64,000 nucleotides of DNA from Candidatus Obscuribacterales bacterium (GTDB taxonomy: Bacteria; Cyanobacteriota; Vampirovibrionia; Obscuribacterales; Obscuribacteraceae), in contig CBDDIJ010000003.1 of NCBI GenBank assembly GCA_965228855.1, positions 2,688,001-2,752,000 on the forward strand, given 5' to 3'. The notes under the pieces were generated by a model. The model did not search any database and was not told the DNA's origin. It saw only the letters and a list, made by a program, of their open reading frames with translations. The stretch's first letter is position 1, and every line of letters starts with the position of its first letter. Shown in pieces: positions 21,224 to 30,345 of this stretch. The translations under genes and the position numbers were made by a program.

Positions 21224-22450
21224 ATGGAATCGAAAATTAAACAGACGCCGCCAGCGAGCGGCATATCGGAGTTCGTCCGAGACAAACGCATCTGGGTCTA
21301 CTACGCGCTCGTAGGACTGAATTGCTATGCAATGTCTGCGCTGGGACCGCTTATGCCGTTTCTCCGCGGAGAGTTGAATCTGGACTACAAAGTCGCCGGT
21401 CTACACTTCAGTGCCTATGCGTTTGGAACTATTCTCGCCGGCAGCTTCGGCGACTGGGTAGTGAAACGACTCGGCCGCGTAACGACATTGGGCGGGACGG
21501 TCGCGGGGACAATCATAGGCGCGCTCATGCTGATCGGGGCACAGTCTTCGGCAATTTCAATTTCGGGCGTCTTGCTCTGTGGATTCTGTACAAGTGTTTC
21601 CTACCAAATTTTAGCGACCATCATCTCCGACTATTTGGAGGATTTAAGAACGATCGCATACATGGAAGCAGAGGTGGTCGCAATGCTTGTCGCAGGCATA
21701 GCGCCTTTCGCCGTGAGTGCATCAGTATGGTCCGGGTTGGGATGGCGTGCAGCAATGGTATTGATGGTGGTGCTCTTCGTCTCGACGGTTCCATCGCTTA
21801 AGTCGTACAGCAGTGTCAAAGAATCGGTTGTGAAAACGGGCTTGAGGACAGGGAAACTACCCAGAGCGTTCTGGGGTTATGGCGCCGTGATCCTGCTCAG
21901 TGTAGCGGCGGAATGGTCCACTGCGTTCTGGAGCGCGGACTATCTATGCCAACGGGTCGGCATGACTAAAGCCGCAGCCGCTGCGGCGGTGGGAGTTTTC
22001 TTCCTAGGGATGGTAGTAGGGAGATTTGCCGGAAGCCGACTGGTGCGGACCGTGGAATCACATTACCTGCTGGCAGCGTCAGGAATAATTAGCATAATCG
22101 GGTTCGCAATGTTCTGGCTCGGGACGACGGCGGCGATCAGCGTTCTCGGTCTGTTTGGAACCGGTCTCGGCATCGCTGCCATGTACCCGCTTTCGTTCGC
22201 CGCGATTGTCGCGGCAAGTCCGTCAATGAGAAGCACAGCAATTGCGCGCATAAGCTTGATTTGCGGGAGTTCGATTCTAGTAGTTCCCTTTCTTCTCAGT
22301 CTGGTTGCAGACAGATCAGGTTTGTTTACAGCCTATTCAATAATTGCTGCTGCGCTTGTGCTCTGCTTCGCGTCGATGTTTGTCGCAAAGAGACTGGAGA
22401 AGGAGGACGAAACGACGCAATGCGTGCCAACCGAATGTGCAGTTGTTTAA
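21224..22450 (+). CDS. MFS transporter
   Basis: About 12 TM helices; motif-A-like 'GSFGDWVVKRLGR'. Confidence 0.88.
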   Translation: MESKIKQTPPASGISEFVRDKRIWVYYALVGLNCYAMSALGPLMPFLRGELNLDYKVAGLHFSAYAFGTILAGSFGDWVVKRLGRVTTLGGTVAGTIIGALMLIGAQSSAISISGVLLCGFCTSVSYQILATIISDYLEDLRTIAYMEAEVVAMLVAGIAPFAVSASVWSGLGWRAAMVLMVVLFVSTVPSLKSYSSVKESVVKTGLRTGKLPRAFWGYGAVILLSVAAEWSTAFWSADYLCQRVGMTKAAAAAAVGVFFLGMVVGRFAGSRLVRTVESHYLLAASGIISIIGFAMFWLGTTAAISVLGLFGTGLGIAAMYPLSFAAIVAASPSMRSTAIARISLICGSSILVVPFLLSLVADRSGLFTAYSIIAAALVLCFASMFVAKRLEKEDETTQCVPTECAVV

Positions 22451-22454
22451 TACA

Positions 22455-22961
22455 CTACTTCAGCGAGCGAAGGAACGAACGGGCTGACGCAAGCTTCGCT
22501 TGATCCTTCTGGTCCAATTCTTCATGTCCTTCCAAGCCTTGAATCGAGAACTCCAATGCTTCCTTCAGCGATTTCAGTTCCGGACCGAGGATGCGACAGC
22601 CGGCACCGTCTTTGAAGACTCGTTGCACCGATGCCACTTTGCCATCTTGAAACGTGACATGGAAACCAGCCACTGGCCATCCGCCCTCGGGGCCACTGGG
22701 TTTTATAGATGCTTCAGACTTCTCCGCATCGAACTGCAAGCCGAGCCTGGACTCCAGCTCATCTCTCGTTAAGCCGAACAGCTCGAATTCATCCACGCCC
22801 CAAGAGATATAACCGGTCTGGTAGTGGTCGGGGGGCATTTTTGCTTTGGCTGCAACGGCTCTCAGGTCATCAGGCGATGGCTCTTTTGGTGCGTGGCACG
22901 ATGAAAGCACGCCAATCACCAAAGGCGCGACAACTAACACGGAGACAAATTTCTTTCGCAT
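22455..22961 (-). CDS. Putative lipoprotein
   Basis: 'MRKKFVSVLVVAPLVIGVLSSC' signal with lipobox-like LSSC. Confidence 0.65.
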   Translation of the reverse strand: MRKKFVSVLVVAPLVIGVLSSCHAPKEPSPDDLRAVAAKAKMPPDHYQTGYISWGVDEFELFGLTRDELESRLGLQFDAEKSEASIKPSGPEGGWPVAGFHVTFQDGKVASVQRVFKDGAGCRILGPELKSLKEALEFSIQGLEGHEELDQKDQAKLASARSFLRSLK

Positions 22962-23053
22962 TTTAACCATTGTAGCCTACAACTGTCGGGTGAACTGTTT
23001 TCTCAAAAAGTCTCTTTGAGATACAATTGCTATCAACCCTTTGAGACGAAACA

Positions 23054-23422
23054 TTGCTCGGCTTCTATATTTTTCAATTCGTCCCGATCGTCCTTGTCGA
23101 AGGATTCGTTTTGTGGCGAATGAAGTGGGGGAGCTTTGGGCGGTCGATGTTTGATTCGCTGATGATGAACTTCGCGTCGTTCCTGGGGCTGTGCATTGGT
23201 TTGGGTCCGGTAATTGAGGGTTCGGGACCTTGGGGACTGACGCTGTTCGGGACCTACTCGATTATGGTGGAAGGCACAGTTCTGATGCTACTGGAACGTC
23301 ATCCTCCAAAGCTGGCATGGTCAACCGTTCTCATAGCAAATCTTCTTGGTTGTATCGTGCTGGACTGCGAGGTATTTTTCACGCAAATTCCGTGGAATGA
23401 TCTCCTCGGAACCGCAAAATAA
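23054..23422 (+). CDS. Small integral membrane protein (~4 TM, two-fold internal repeat)
   Basis: 'IVLVEGFVLW...MNFAS' repeated as 'IMVEGTVLM...ANLLG'; TTG start. Confidence 0.65.
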   Translation: MLGFYIFQFVPIVLVEGFVLWRMKWGSFGRSMFDSLMMNFASFLGLCIGLGPVIEGSGPWGLTLFGTYSIMVEGTVLMLLERHPPKLAWSTVLIANLLGCIVLDCEVFFTQIPWNDLLGTAK

Positions 23423-23497
23423 TGGCACCGCTTTCGGTGCCCGCCAATTCTTCCATTGCCCTACCGTATCAGTAAATGCTTCGCAGGAAAGGCTCCT

Positions 23498-24115
23498 ATG
23501 AATGACTCTGAGCAGAAAAGAAAGATAACCATCGAAGAATATTTGGCGTTTGAGGAAAATTCCAAAGTGCGCCATGAGTTTGTCGATGGGCAAATTTTTG
23601 CGATGACTGGTGCATCAAACGCGCATACGGTGATCGCACTTAACATCGCCTCAGCTCTCAAAACAAAGTTAAGCGGAAGTGGTTGTACAACCTTCATCCT
23701 TGACACAAAGGTGCACATCGAAAAGCGCAATTCCTTTTACTACCCTGACGTCGTCGTAGATTGCGGAAGGTTTGCCCCAGACGGAACACATGCTGACAAT
23801 CCATCTCTAATTTTTGAAGTTCTTTCCTCTTCGACCGCAGCTACCGATCGCCGTGAAAAGCGCATGGTCTACCAGTCCATCGAGACGTTACAAGCATATG
23901 TAATTGTCCACCAAACGAAAAGGCGATTGGAAGTTTATCAGCGAGACGGAGCCGATTGGACTAAAGCGGAGATTGTCGGTGACGGTCACATTCAGCTGGC
24001 AGTCGGCATGCCTTGCGGGTTGCTCTTGACCATTGACGAGATTTACGAAGGTCTCGACTTCGAGCAGACACAGCCGATGCAGGTGCAGGAGTCAGAGGAA
24101 GTCTACAGTTGGTAA
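23498..24115 (+). CDS. Uma2-family (DUF820) endonuclease-like protein
   Basis: 'EEYLAFE', 'HEFVDGQIFAMTG', 'YYPDVVV', 'FEVLSSST', 'DRREK'. Confidence 0.9.
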   Translation: MNDSEQKRKITIEEYLAFEENSKVRHEFVDGQIFAMTGASNAHTVIALNIASALKTKLSGSGCTTFILDTKVHIEKRNSFYYPDVVVDCGRFAPDGTHADNPSLIFEVLSSSTAATDRREKRMVYQSIETLQAYVIVHQTKRRLEVYQRDGADWTKAEIVGDGHIQLAVGMPCGLLLTIDEIYEGLDFEQTQPMQVQESEEVYSW

Positions 24116-24370
24116 TCGAGCCTGACGCGCCGACGAGGAGCCGAGCAACTCTTTGCAACGCCGACTCACAGGTGCGATTTCCCCTGAGAAACCTTAGAAT
24201 TCTATATGGATCAGATCAAATTCATGTAAAACATTCGATACTATTCAGGTCCGCGCCGCAGTGGCGCTGACCACTGCCACTCGCCCACCGATTTCGGGCG
24301 GAGTGCTTGCTCTTCGCGGCTTGCTGCGGCGAGGCGTGCTGTGACTGTAAAACCCCGCGAGGTCGGTTCG

Positions 24371-26344
24371 ATGAGTACAACGATGACGGATGTAATTTGG
24401 AAACCCACTGGTGAATACCTCAAATGCCGCGCTAACGACTTCATAACCCAGCATGGGCTAAAGGACTGGCGCCACCTCATCAAAAAATCGACAGAAGACA
24501 CGAATTGGTTTTGGAAAGAAGGCTTGGAGTTCATGGGCTTCAAGTGGCACAAGCCCTACACCCAGCTCATGGACGACAGCAAGGGCTTCGAGTGGACAAA
24601 GTGGTTCGTCGGCGGTCAGCTAAACATCGTCGATAACGTTCTCGATTGGCATCAAACCGAAGGTCAAAAGCTCGGTTCGAGAACCAGTGTGGGAGCCAAA
24701 CATCCTGCGCTTGTTTGGGAAAGCGAAAACGGCAAAAGCAGAAAGTTCACCTACGGCGAGATGAATGAGTTGGTCGGCAAAATTGCCGCGCTGCTTCTGA
24801 AGCTTGATGTAAAGCCAGGCGAAGCCGTTGGCATGTACATGCCGATGATACCGGAAACGGTGGCAACGCTTCTCGCTTGTTTCAAAATCGGAGCAGTCGC
24901 GGTTCCCGTATTCAGCGGATTTGGCTCGCAAGCGCTTTCGGCAAGACTTAACGATTGCGATGCTCGCGTGTTGCTCACCGCCGATGGTGGCACTCGCAAA
25001 GGTAAGCTTATCGAGATCAAGAAAGACGCGGACGCGGCAGCGCTCGATTCACCAAGCCTGAAGCACGTTGTCGTCGTCAAACACATGGAAAACAAAATCG
25101 ACTGGCATGAAAGTCGCGACATGTGGTTCCAAGACGCCATCAAAGATTTGGAACCTGCCGAGACCAAGCTGGATCTCGAAGCAGAGCATCCTTCTATGTA
25201 TCTGTACACATCGGGAACCACCGGCAAGCCCAAAGGCACAGTTCACACGCATGCCGGTGCGATGGCACAAATCGCGAAAGAGCATGGATTTGGTTTCGAC
25301 GTTCGTCCTGATGACGTGTTCTTCTGGGTCTCCGACATCGGTTGGATGATGGGCCCCTGGGAAATCATCGGCGCCTACTATTGGGGCGCGACAATTGTTA
25401 TCTTTGAAGGTCAGCCGATGTATCCGGATCCGGACATCGTTTGGCAAATAGTCGAGCGCCATAAAGTCACCACGCTTGGTATCAGCCCTACGCTCATCCG
25501 CGCTCTACGAGCCTTCGGCGATGAGTGGGTACAGAAACGCGACTTGTCGAGCTTGAGACTTCTCGGTTCCACCGGTGAGCCGTGGGATGAAGACAGTTAC
25601 ATGTGGTTCTTCAAAAACGTGGGCAAAGAAAAGTGCCCTGTCATCAACATCTCAGGTGGAACTGAAATTGTCGGTGGCCTACTCATGCCACTACCACTGA
25701 TGCCATTGAAGCCTTGCTCTCTCGGCGGTCCCGGGCTCGCGATGGACATTGACGTTTTTAGCGAAGATGGCAAACCGTTGCACAACGAAATCGGACACCT
25801 CGTCTGCAAGAAGCCGGGACCATCGATGACCAAAGGATTTTTGAAAGATCCAAACCGCTACGTAGAAACCTACTTCGATAAATTCCCGGGGGTTTGGTAT
25901 CACGGCGATTGGGCGAAAGTCGACGACGACGGCTCGTGGTTCCTCTTCGGTCGCTCCGACGACACCATAAAAGTTTCCGGCAAACGCGTCGGACCGGGCG
26001 AAGTTGAGTCGGTGCTCGTCGAACACGCAGATGTTGCCGAAGCAGCTGTCATCGGCGTTCCGCATGAACTGAAAGGCGAAGGTCTGGTTTGCTTCGTGGT
26101 CCTGATGCCTGGCAAACAGGAGACACCGGAACTCTCGAAACAGTTGAAAGCGCTCGTCGGAGAAAAACTCGGCTCTGTAATGAAGCCCGAGATCATCCAT
26201 ACCGTGCAGATGTTGCCGAAAACACGCTCCGGAAAGATTGTGAGAAGAACCATTCGCGCGAAATATCTCGGCGAAAACACCGGCGACCTTTCATCGGTCG
26301 AAAACCCGGATGCACTCGAGCCCATCGGGAAGCTCAAAGCGTAG
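24371..26344 (+). CDS. Acetyl-CoA synthetase-like AMP-dependent ligase
   Basis: 'YTSGTTGKPKG', 'SDIGWMMG', 'GSTGEPW', 'GRSDDTIKVSGKR', 'LPKTRSGKIVRR'. GAGGT upstream of ATG 24371. Confidence 0.9.
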   Translation: MSTTMTDVIWKPTGEYLKCRANDFITQHGLKDWRHLIKKSTEDTNWFWKEGLEFMGFKWHKPYTQLMDDSKGFEWTKWFVGGQLNIVDNVLDWHQTEGQKLGSRTSVGAKHPALVWESENGKSRKFTYGEMNELVGKIAALLLKLDVKPGEAVGMYMPMIPETVATLLACFKIGAVAVPVFSGFGSQALSARLNDCDARVLLTADGGTRKGKLIEIKKDADAAALDSPSLKHVVVVKHMENKIDWHESRDMWFQDAIKDLEPAETKLDLEAEHPSMYLYTSGTTGKPKGTVHTHAGAMAQIAKEHGFGFDVRPDDVFFWVSDIGWMMGPWEIIGAYYWGATIVIFEGQPMYPDPDIVWQIVERHKVTTLGISPTLIRALRAFGDEWVQKRDLSSLRLLGSTGEPWDEDSYMWFFKNVGKEKCPVINISGGTEIVGGLLMPLPLMPLKPCSLGGPGLAMDIDVFSEDGKPLHNEIGHLVCKKPGPSMTKGFLKDPNRYVETYFDKFPGVWYHGDWAKVDDDGSWFLFGRSDDTIKVSGKRVGPGEVESVLVEHADVAEAAVIGVPHELKGEGLVCFVVLMPGKQETPELSKQLKALVGEKLGSVMKPEIIHTVQMLPKTRSGKIVRRTIRAKYLGENTGDLSSVENPDALEPIGKLKA

Positions 26345-26353
26345 GCATCGTTC

Positions 26354-27067
26354 ATGACTTATTCATTCATGATAATGGCTGCCCCTGATTGTCCTCGCGG
26401 ATACCTTGGGCAGCTGCCGGAGCACATTCCAGAAAGGGCTGATCGACTGATTCAAACTTTGGATTATCCCAAGTTCAACGCTCGATGCGCGGATAGTGTT
26501 CAATTACACCCAAAGGTGAAACATCCCATCCCCCGCCCTTTCAACTTTACTGATATGCTTAACGCTAGGTTGTATCCACCAGCCTCAACTCTACTCGGAG
26601 CTTACGAAAAAGCTTACATCCTTGTCGACGAATATCTGCTGCGAGCGTGCTTGCGCCTTAGTGCGGACAGCCAGTTTGGAAACATTCTCAAAGTTTATCC
26701 AGACGGGACAATCTTTATGATGCACACACAGAATTCGTCGAACAGCTATCACTACGCGCTTTACGAAAGCGGACAGCTAGTCCGAGAGCATGCTGGCGAC
26801 ATCGACAATTTTTCAAGCATCGAAATGGGAGATCCAGCTCCTGAAGAACAAGAGGACTATGCAAGGTCGAAAGTAATCGACGGCGAGCGAATTTTCTACA
26901 AAGAGATGATGTTCCGAAATAAACCACAAATAGAAGAATTTACTGTCGATTGCTACGGTGAAACGTTAGCATTCGCAATTGCAAGTCGCTTCTTCGGAGA
27001 AGTTGATTCTGTCAACCATCCACAATGCCTGAAGGGCGACAAACTTATGGGTGAGCTTTTCACCTAA
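26354..27067 (+). CDS. Hypothetical protein
   Basis: 237-aa ORF 9 bp downstream of the ligase; no family recognised. Confidence 0.6.
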   Translation: MTYSFMIMAAPDCPRGYLGQLPEHIPERADRLIQTLDYPKFNARCADSVQLHPKVKHPIPRPFNFTDMLNARLYPPASTLLGAYEKAYILVDEYLLRACLRLSADSQFGNILKVYPDGTIFMMHTQNSSNSYHYALYESGQLVREHAGDIDNFSSIEMGDPAPEEQEDYARSKVIDGERIFYKEMMFRNKPQIEEFTVDCYGETLAFAIASRFFGEVDSVNHPQCLKGDKLMGELFT

Positions 27068-27218
27068 GCCAGTAGCGCCACTTAATATGGTGCCACACAC
27101 TCGTTGCCTAAAACTGAAAGTCCGCTGCCGTTCAGCAATCAATTTTGAAACTGATCCCTGCGCGCAGTTCGCGGCTGAAGATCGGCTCTAATTGTCGAAC
27201 AGCGCGGAGGACAATTAG

Positions 27219-27545
27219 ATGTACAATTTTTTCAGCCTCATCCATGAGCTTCGAAAGCCACTCATAGCAGTTTTCGCAGTTTTGGGATTGATCGTTTTTC
27301 AACAAGAATATAAGCGCGCTAATACCACAGGCGTAGAACAGCCAATTGGTATCCTGGGAATCCTAGAATACGAATTTCGGCACATAGACGAGCATCTCGG
27401 ACCCAATCTCAAAGATAGCGTGAAATTTCCCACGAGTTCGGTCGGACTGGATAGGTGTCGGCGAAACCTCTTAGGGTCTTGTCCGCTAATGAGGGACATA
27501 CATGCACCTGAAAAGAAGACCGTTTCTAGGCGCATCGAGCTTTGA
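27219..27545 (+). CDS. Small hypothetical membrane protein
   Basis: Strong GGAGG RBS; one hydrophobic segment. Confidence 0.55.
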   Translation: MYNFFSLIHELRKPLIAVFAVLGLIVFQQEYKRANTTGVEQPIGILGILEYEFRHIDEHLGPNLKDSVKFPTSSVGLDRCRRNLLGSCPLMRDIHAPEKKTVSRRIEL

Positions 27546-27599
27546 CACTCTTGAACCAAGTTTCTTGCAAATCCGCTCATCCCAGCTCAAACCTCGATA

Positions 27600-27775
27600 A
27601 TATCTAGGTTTCAGGACCTGAGATTAGAGGTCGCCACCGCCAAATCAAATGTCCACCATTAGACGACAAGACCCTAAGAGGATTAGATGAGGCAAGTTAG
27701 GTCCTGGCGTCTAACCTTCGAAACCTGCCGACTCACTCACTGACAAGGGAGGCTCAGGAGCGCGCCGCGCAAACT
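27600..27775. ncRNA. Candidate structured ncRNA, possibly 6S-like
   Basis: Long imperfect hairpin 27659-27714; CCTGAG(27617-27622) pairs with CTCAGG(27753-27758) across a large bubble. No convincing ORF here. Confidence 0.35.
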
Positions 27776-28050
27776 CGTTCGGTCGTCACCAAGCTCTCAA
27801 TCGGCCGTCACCCAGTTCCCACTCCGCCGTAACGTTCCTCCTTCTATATTTAAGCCAACTCCGCGTGAAGATCCGCCCGCAGGCGGGTAAGTATCTTATG
27901 CGCACGTACGCAATCCGATGCGCCGCCGCGATGGCGTAAATGCAATGAGATTCGGGCAGACAGGACAATCCTGGGCTCGCTCGCAAACTGGGAAACTGGC
28001 TGGCTTAGGCGCAATCGGAAAACCTGAAAGCGCTATCTGGGAATCTGAGC

Positions 28051-29106
28051 GTGAATTTCGACGAGAATCGATCAGCAGAAGAAAAAGCCTGGGCGGTCGC
28101 ATGCGATCCATCTGCTTCTGAAAAGCAGTGGGTGGCAGCTTGCACGCTTCTGGACGGAAAACAGCCAATAACTACCCACCGAAAAAAACTACCGCAATCC
28201 GTCGGTCTCCCGTGGTCGCTCTGTGTCAGCGGTCTCAGCGGGCTCGGTGCCTTCATGATATTCGGCTTGATGTCCTTTGGCGCCTGTGAGGGCATCTCCA
28301 CCCTGACAGGAGTGTTCCATACACTCTCGACGCCACATGCCTTCTCGCTCCTGAGCGCCGCCTTCATAGCATTCAGTGCCGTCTTCACTTACCAGCAACA
28401 CATCTGGGGCGGCGGCCGAGCCTGGACTGCTTTGCACTACGGTCTGGTCGCTGGCGGCGCCATTCTGCCACTGACCGAACTTATGACCGCCCCCGCCGCA
28501 CTCGGCACCACAGGACTGCTACTCTGGAGCATCGGCTTCATGGGAGTCTCAGCGATTTCTTCCAAAATGACTCAACATTCGATCAAAGCACTGGAATCAA
28601 CCGTGGGTGCCAACCGTGTCGTGCCGTATAGCCGCGGAATTTTTGCCACAGCCGGAGCCCTCCTCTTAACTTTTACAGCCGTGCCCATCATGTTCGTCAT
28701 TTTCTCATCGATATGGGTAATCATTCCAGGAATTCTGCTGCTCTCCGGCTATGGAATCGCCAGAGCCAATAACGCCTACAACCCGCAGACAGCGGGAACT
28801 CTAGCACTCGCCGCCTGGAACCCGGTAATTCTCGCCAATGTCATCCTGATTCCGACGTTGCTCGCCTACTCAATTCTCTCGCTGTTTTTGCCACTCATGC
28901 CGATTTCATTGACCGATTTCGCCGTCGGTCTATTGACGCTGGCAGCATTCGGAGCAGGTCCGTTCGTCGGAGCACAAATTGGCGCGTTCGTTCAACGACG
29001 AGCCCGCGAACTGGAATTGCATAGAACGCCGATAGATTTGATTGCCCAAACGTCGCCACCGTCGCATCAAATAAATGCGGACGACTCGCTATGTGAGCCG
29101 ACCTAG
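28051..29106 (+). CDS. Multi-pass membrane protein, paralog A
   Basis: About 8 TM; N-terminal 'AWAVACDPSASEKQWVAACTLLDGK' shared with the next gene. Confidence 0.75.
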   Translation: MNFDENRSAEEKAWAVACDPSASEKQWVAACTLLDGKQPITTHRKKLPQSVGLPWSLCVSGLSGLGAFMIFGLMSFGACEGISTLTGVFHTLSTPHAFSLLSAAFIAFSAVFTYQQHIWGGGRAWTALHYGLVAGGAILPLTELMTAPAALGTTGLLLWSIGFMGVSAISSKMTQHSIKALESTVGANRVVPYSRGIFATAGALLLTFTAVPIMFVIFSSIWVIIPGILLLSGYGIARANNAYNPQTAGTLALAAWNPVILANVILIPTLLAYSILSLFLPLMPISLTDFAVGLLTLAAFGAGPFVGAQIGAFVQRRARELELHRTPIDLIAQTSPPSHQINADDSLCEPT

Positions 29107-29134
29107 TCGGGAGATGCGAAAAGGAAGGTACAGG

Positions 29135-30328
29135 ATGTCCAACCTCAGCCCGAAAACACATCAGCACGCTTGGGCCATCGCGAGCGATCCTGCCGCGTCG
29201 GAGGAGAAATGGATTGCAGCGGTGACGTTGCTCGACGGGAAGACGTCACTTTCACCTGTCGACAGTCGGGTTCCAGGTTGGCTGAGATTGCCATGGGCAC
29301 TGACGATCGCGTCTTGTGGAACAAGCGGAGCTGTCTTCCTCCTGGTGCTCTCGCAGTTGCTGATATGTTCGCGAATTGCGGAGATGCTTCCTTTCGCCTC
29401 ATCCGCATCTCACACTGCTGCGGCCGTCCTGGTATGGATGGTGCCCAGCCTGGTGTTCAGTATGTTGTTCACCTACCAGCGCATGCTGTTCAATGGTGGC
29501 AGAACCTGGCCGTTGATTCAATGGGGTGTAGTTCTCGGCTACATCACCTCGATCTCACTCGTCGCTATAGACGGTCAGCCAGTTCAGTTGATGGACGGCA
29601 TTCTCCTCGGTTTGTGGAACCTCACGTGCATCGGCGTCGCAGCCGGCGGCACAAAAATGGCAAAGACCTCGTACAAATGCCTGGAGAGCACAATCGGAGC
29701 CCGAAAAGTTGTCGTTCCGATGACAAACATCTTCGCCGGCGTGCCGCTGTTTCTGGGCGGTTCAATAATAGTTCTCCATGCAACCGGCGTATTTTTGCTC
29801 TCACCTCACTTCATTTGCGCGCTTGTCGCAATGGTGGTTGGAGGCTCGTGTTATGCAGTTTATAAGCTGAATGCGAGCAATGCCAATAGCGCTCGCGCCA
29901 TTGCAATGTTCCTATGGAGTCCGATGATCATGTCGAACTTGCTGCTGCTCCCTGCTCTTGCAGGCACGCACGCGTGGCTGGCACTGACGGGAACGCGGAT
30001 GGTCTCCTGGGTCGACTATCTCGGCGCAGTCACCGGATTGGTTCTATCGATAGCAACACCGCTCATCGGAGCGACTCTAGCAAGCAAACATCTTCAAGCG
30101 CGAGCAGCGCTCGGCCTGTCGAACAACAACAGTCTGTTAAACAGCAACAGCCTTGCAAACAACTCAAGCCTGTCAAATGTGGATAGCCTGGCAATCAGTA
30201 ATAGCCACGAAAACAGCGCCTCCGAGAACTTGCTGAATAACGCTCCATTGCCTGCCGAACCAAGTTTAGCGGGCACCACGAGTGATACCAGCATCGCCGC
30301 CCTGGGTGTTAACTCCAGTCCAGCCTGA
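29135..30328 (+). CDS. Multi-pass membrane protein, paralog B
   Basis: 'AWAIASDPAASEEKWIAAVTLLDGK'; about 8 TM; Asn/Ser-rich tail. Start at ATG 29135 after AGGAAGG. Confidence 0.75.
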   Translation: MSNLSPKTHQHAWAIASDPAASEEKWIAAVTLLDGKTSLSPVDSRVPGWLRLPWALTIASCGTSGAVFLLVLSQLLICSRIAEMLPFASSASHTAAAVLVWMVPSLVFSMLFTYQRMLFNGGRTWPLIQWGVVLGYITSISLVAIDGQPVQLMDGILLGLWNLTCIGVAAGGTKMAKTSYKCLESTIGARKVVVPMTNIFAGVPLFLGGSIIVLHATGVFLLSPHFICALVAMVVGGSCYAVYKLNASNANSARAIAMFLWSPMIMSNLLLLPALAGTHAWLALTGTRMVSWVDYLGAVTGLVLSIATPLIGATLASKHLQARAALGLSNNNSLLNSNSLANNSSLSNVDSLAISNSHENSASENLLNNAPLPAEPSLAGTTSDTSIAALGVNSSPA

Positions 30329-30345
30329 AATCCACTACCGTCCCC

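Noticed and set aside
23424..23441. GGCACCG/CGGTGCC hairpin as a terminator
   Set aside because: No U-tract follows on the + strand; function cannot be supported.
24335..24385. tRNA-Tyr-like fragments (CTGTAAA and GGTTCGA)
   Set aside because: The flanks form no anticodon, T or acceptor stems, and the segment overlaps the RBS and start of the ligase gene.
27786..28121. Small ORFs (66-90 aa) upstream of the paralog pair
   Set aside because: No motifs and they overlap each other and the paralog A start; probably non-coding.
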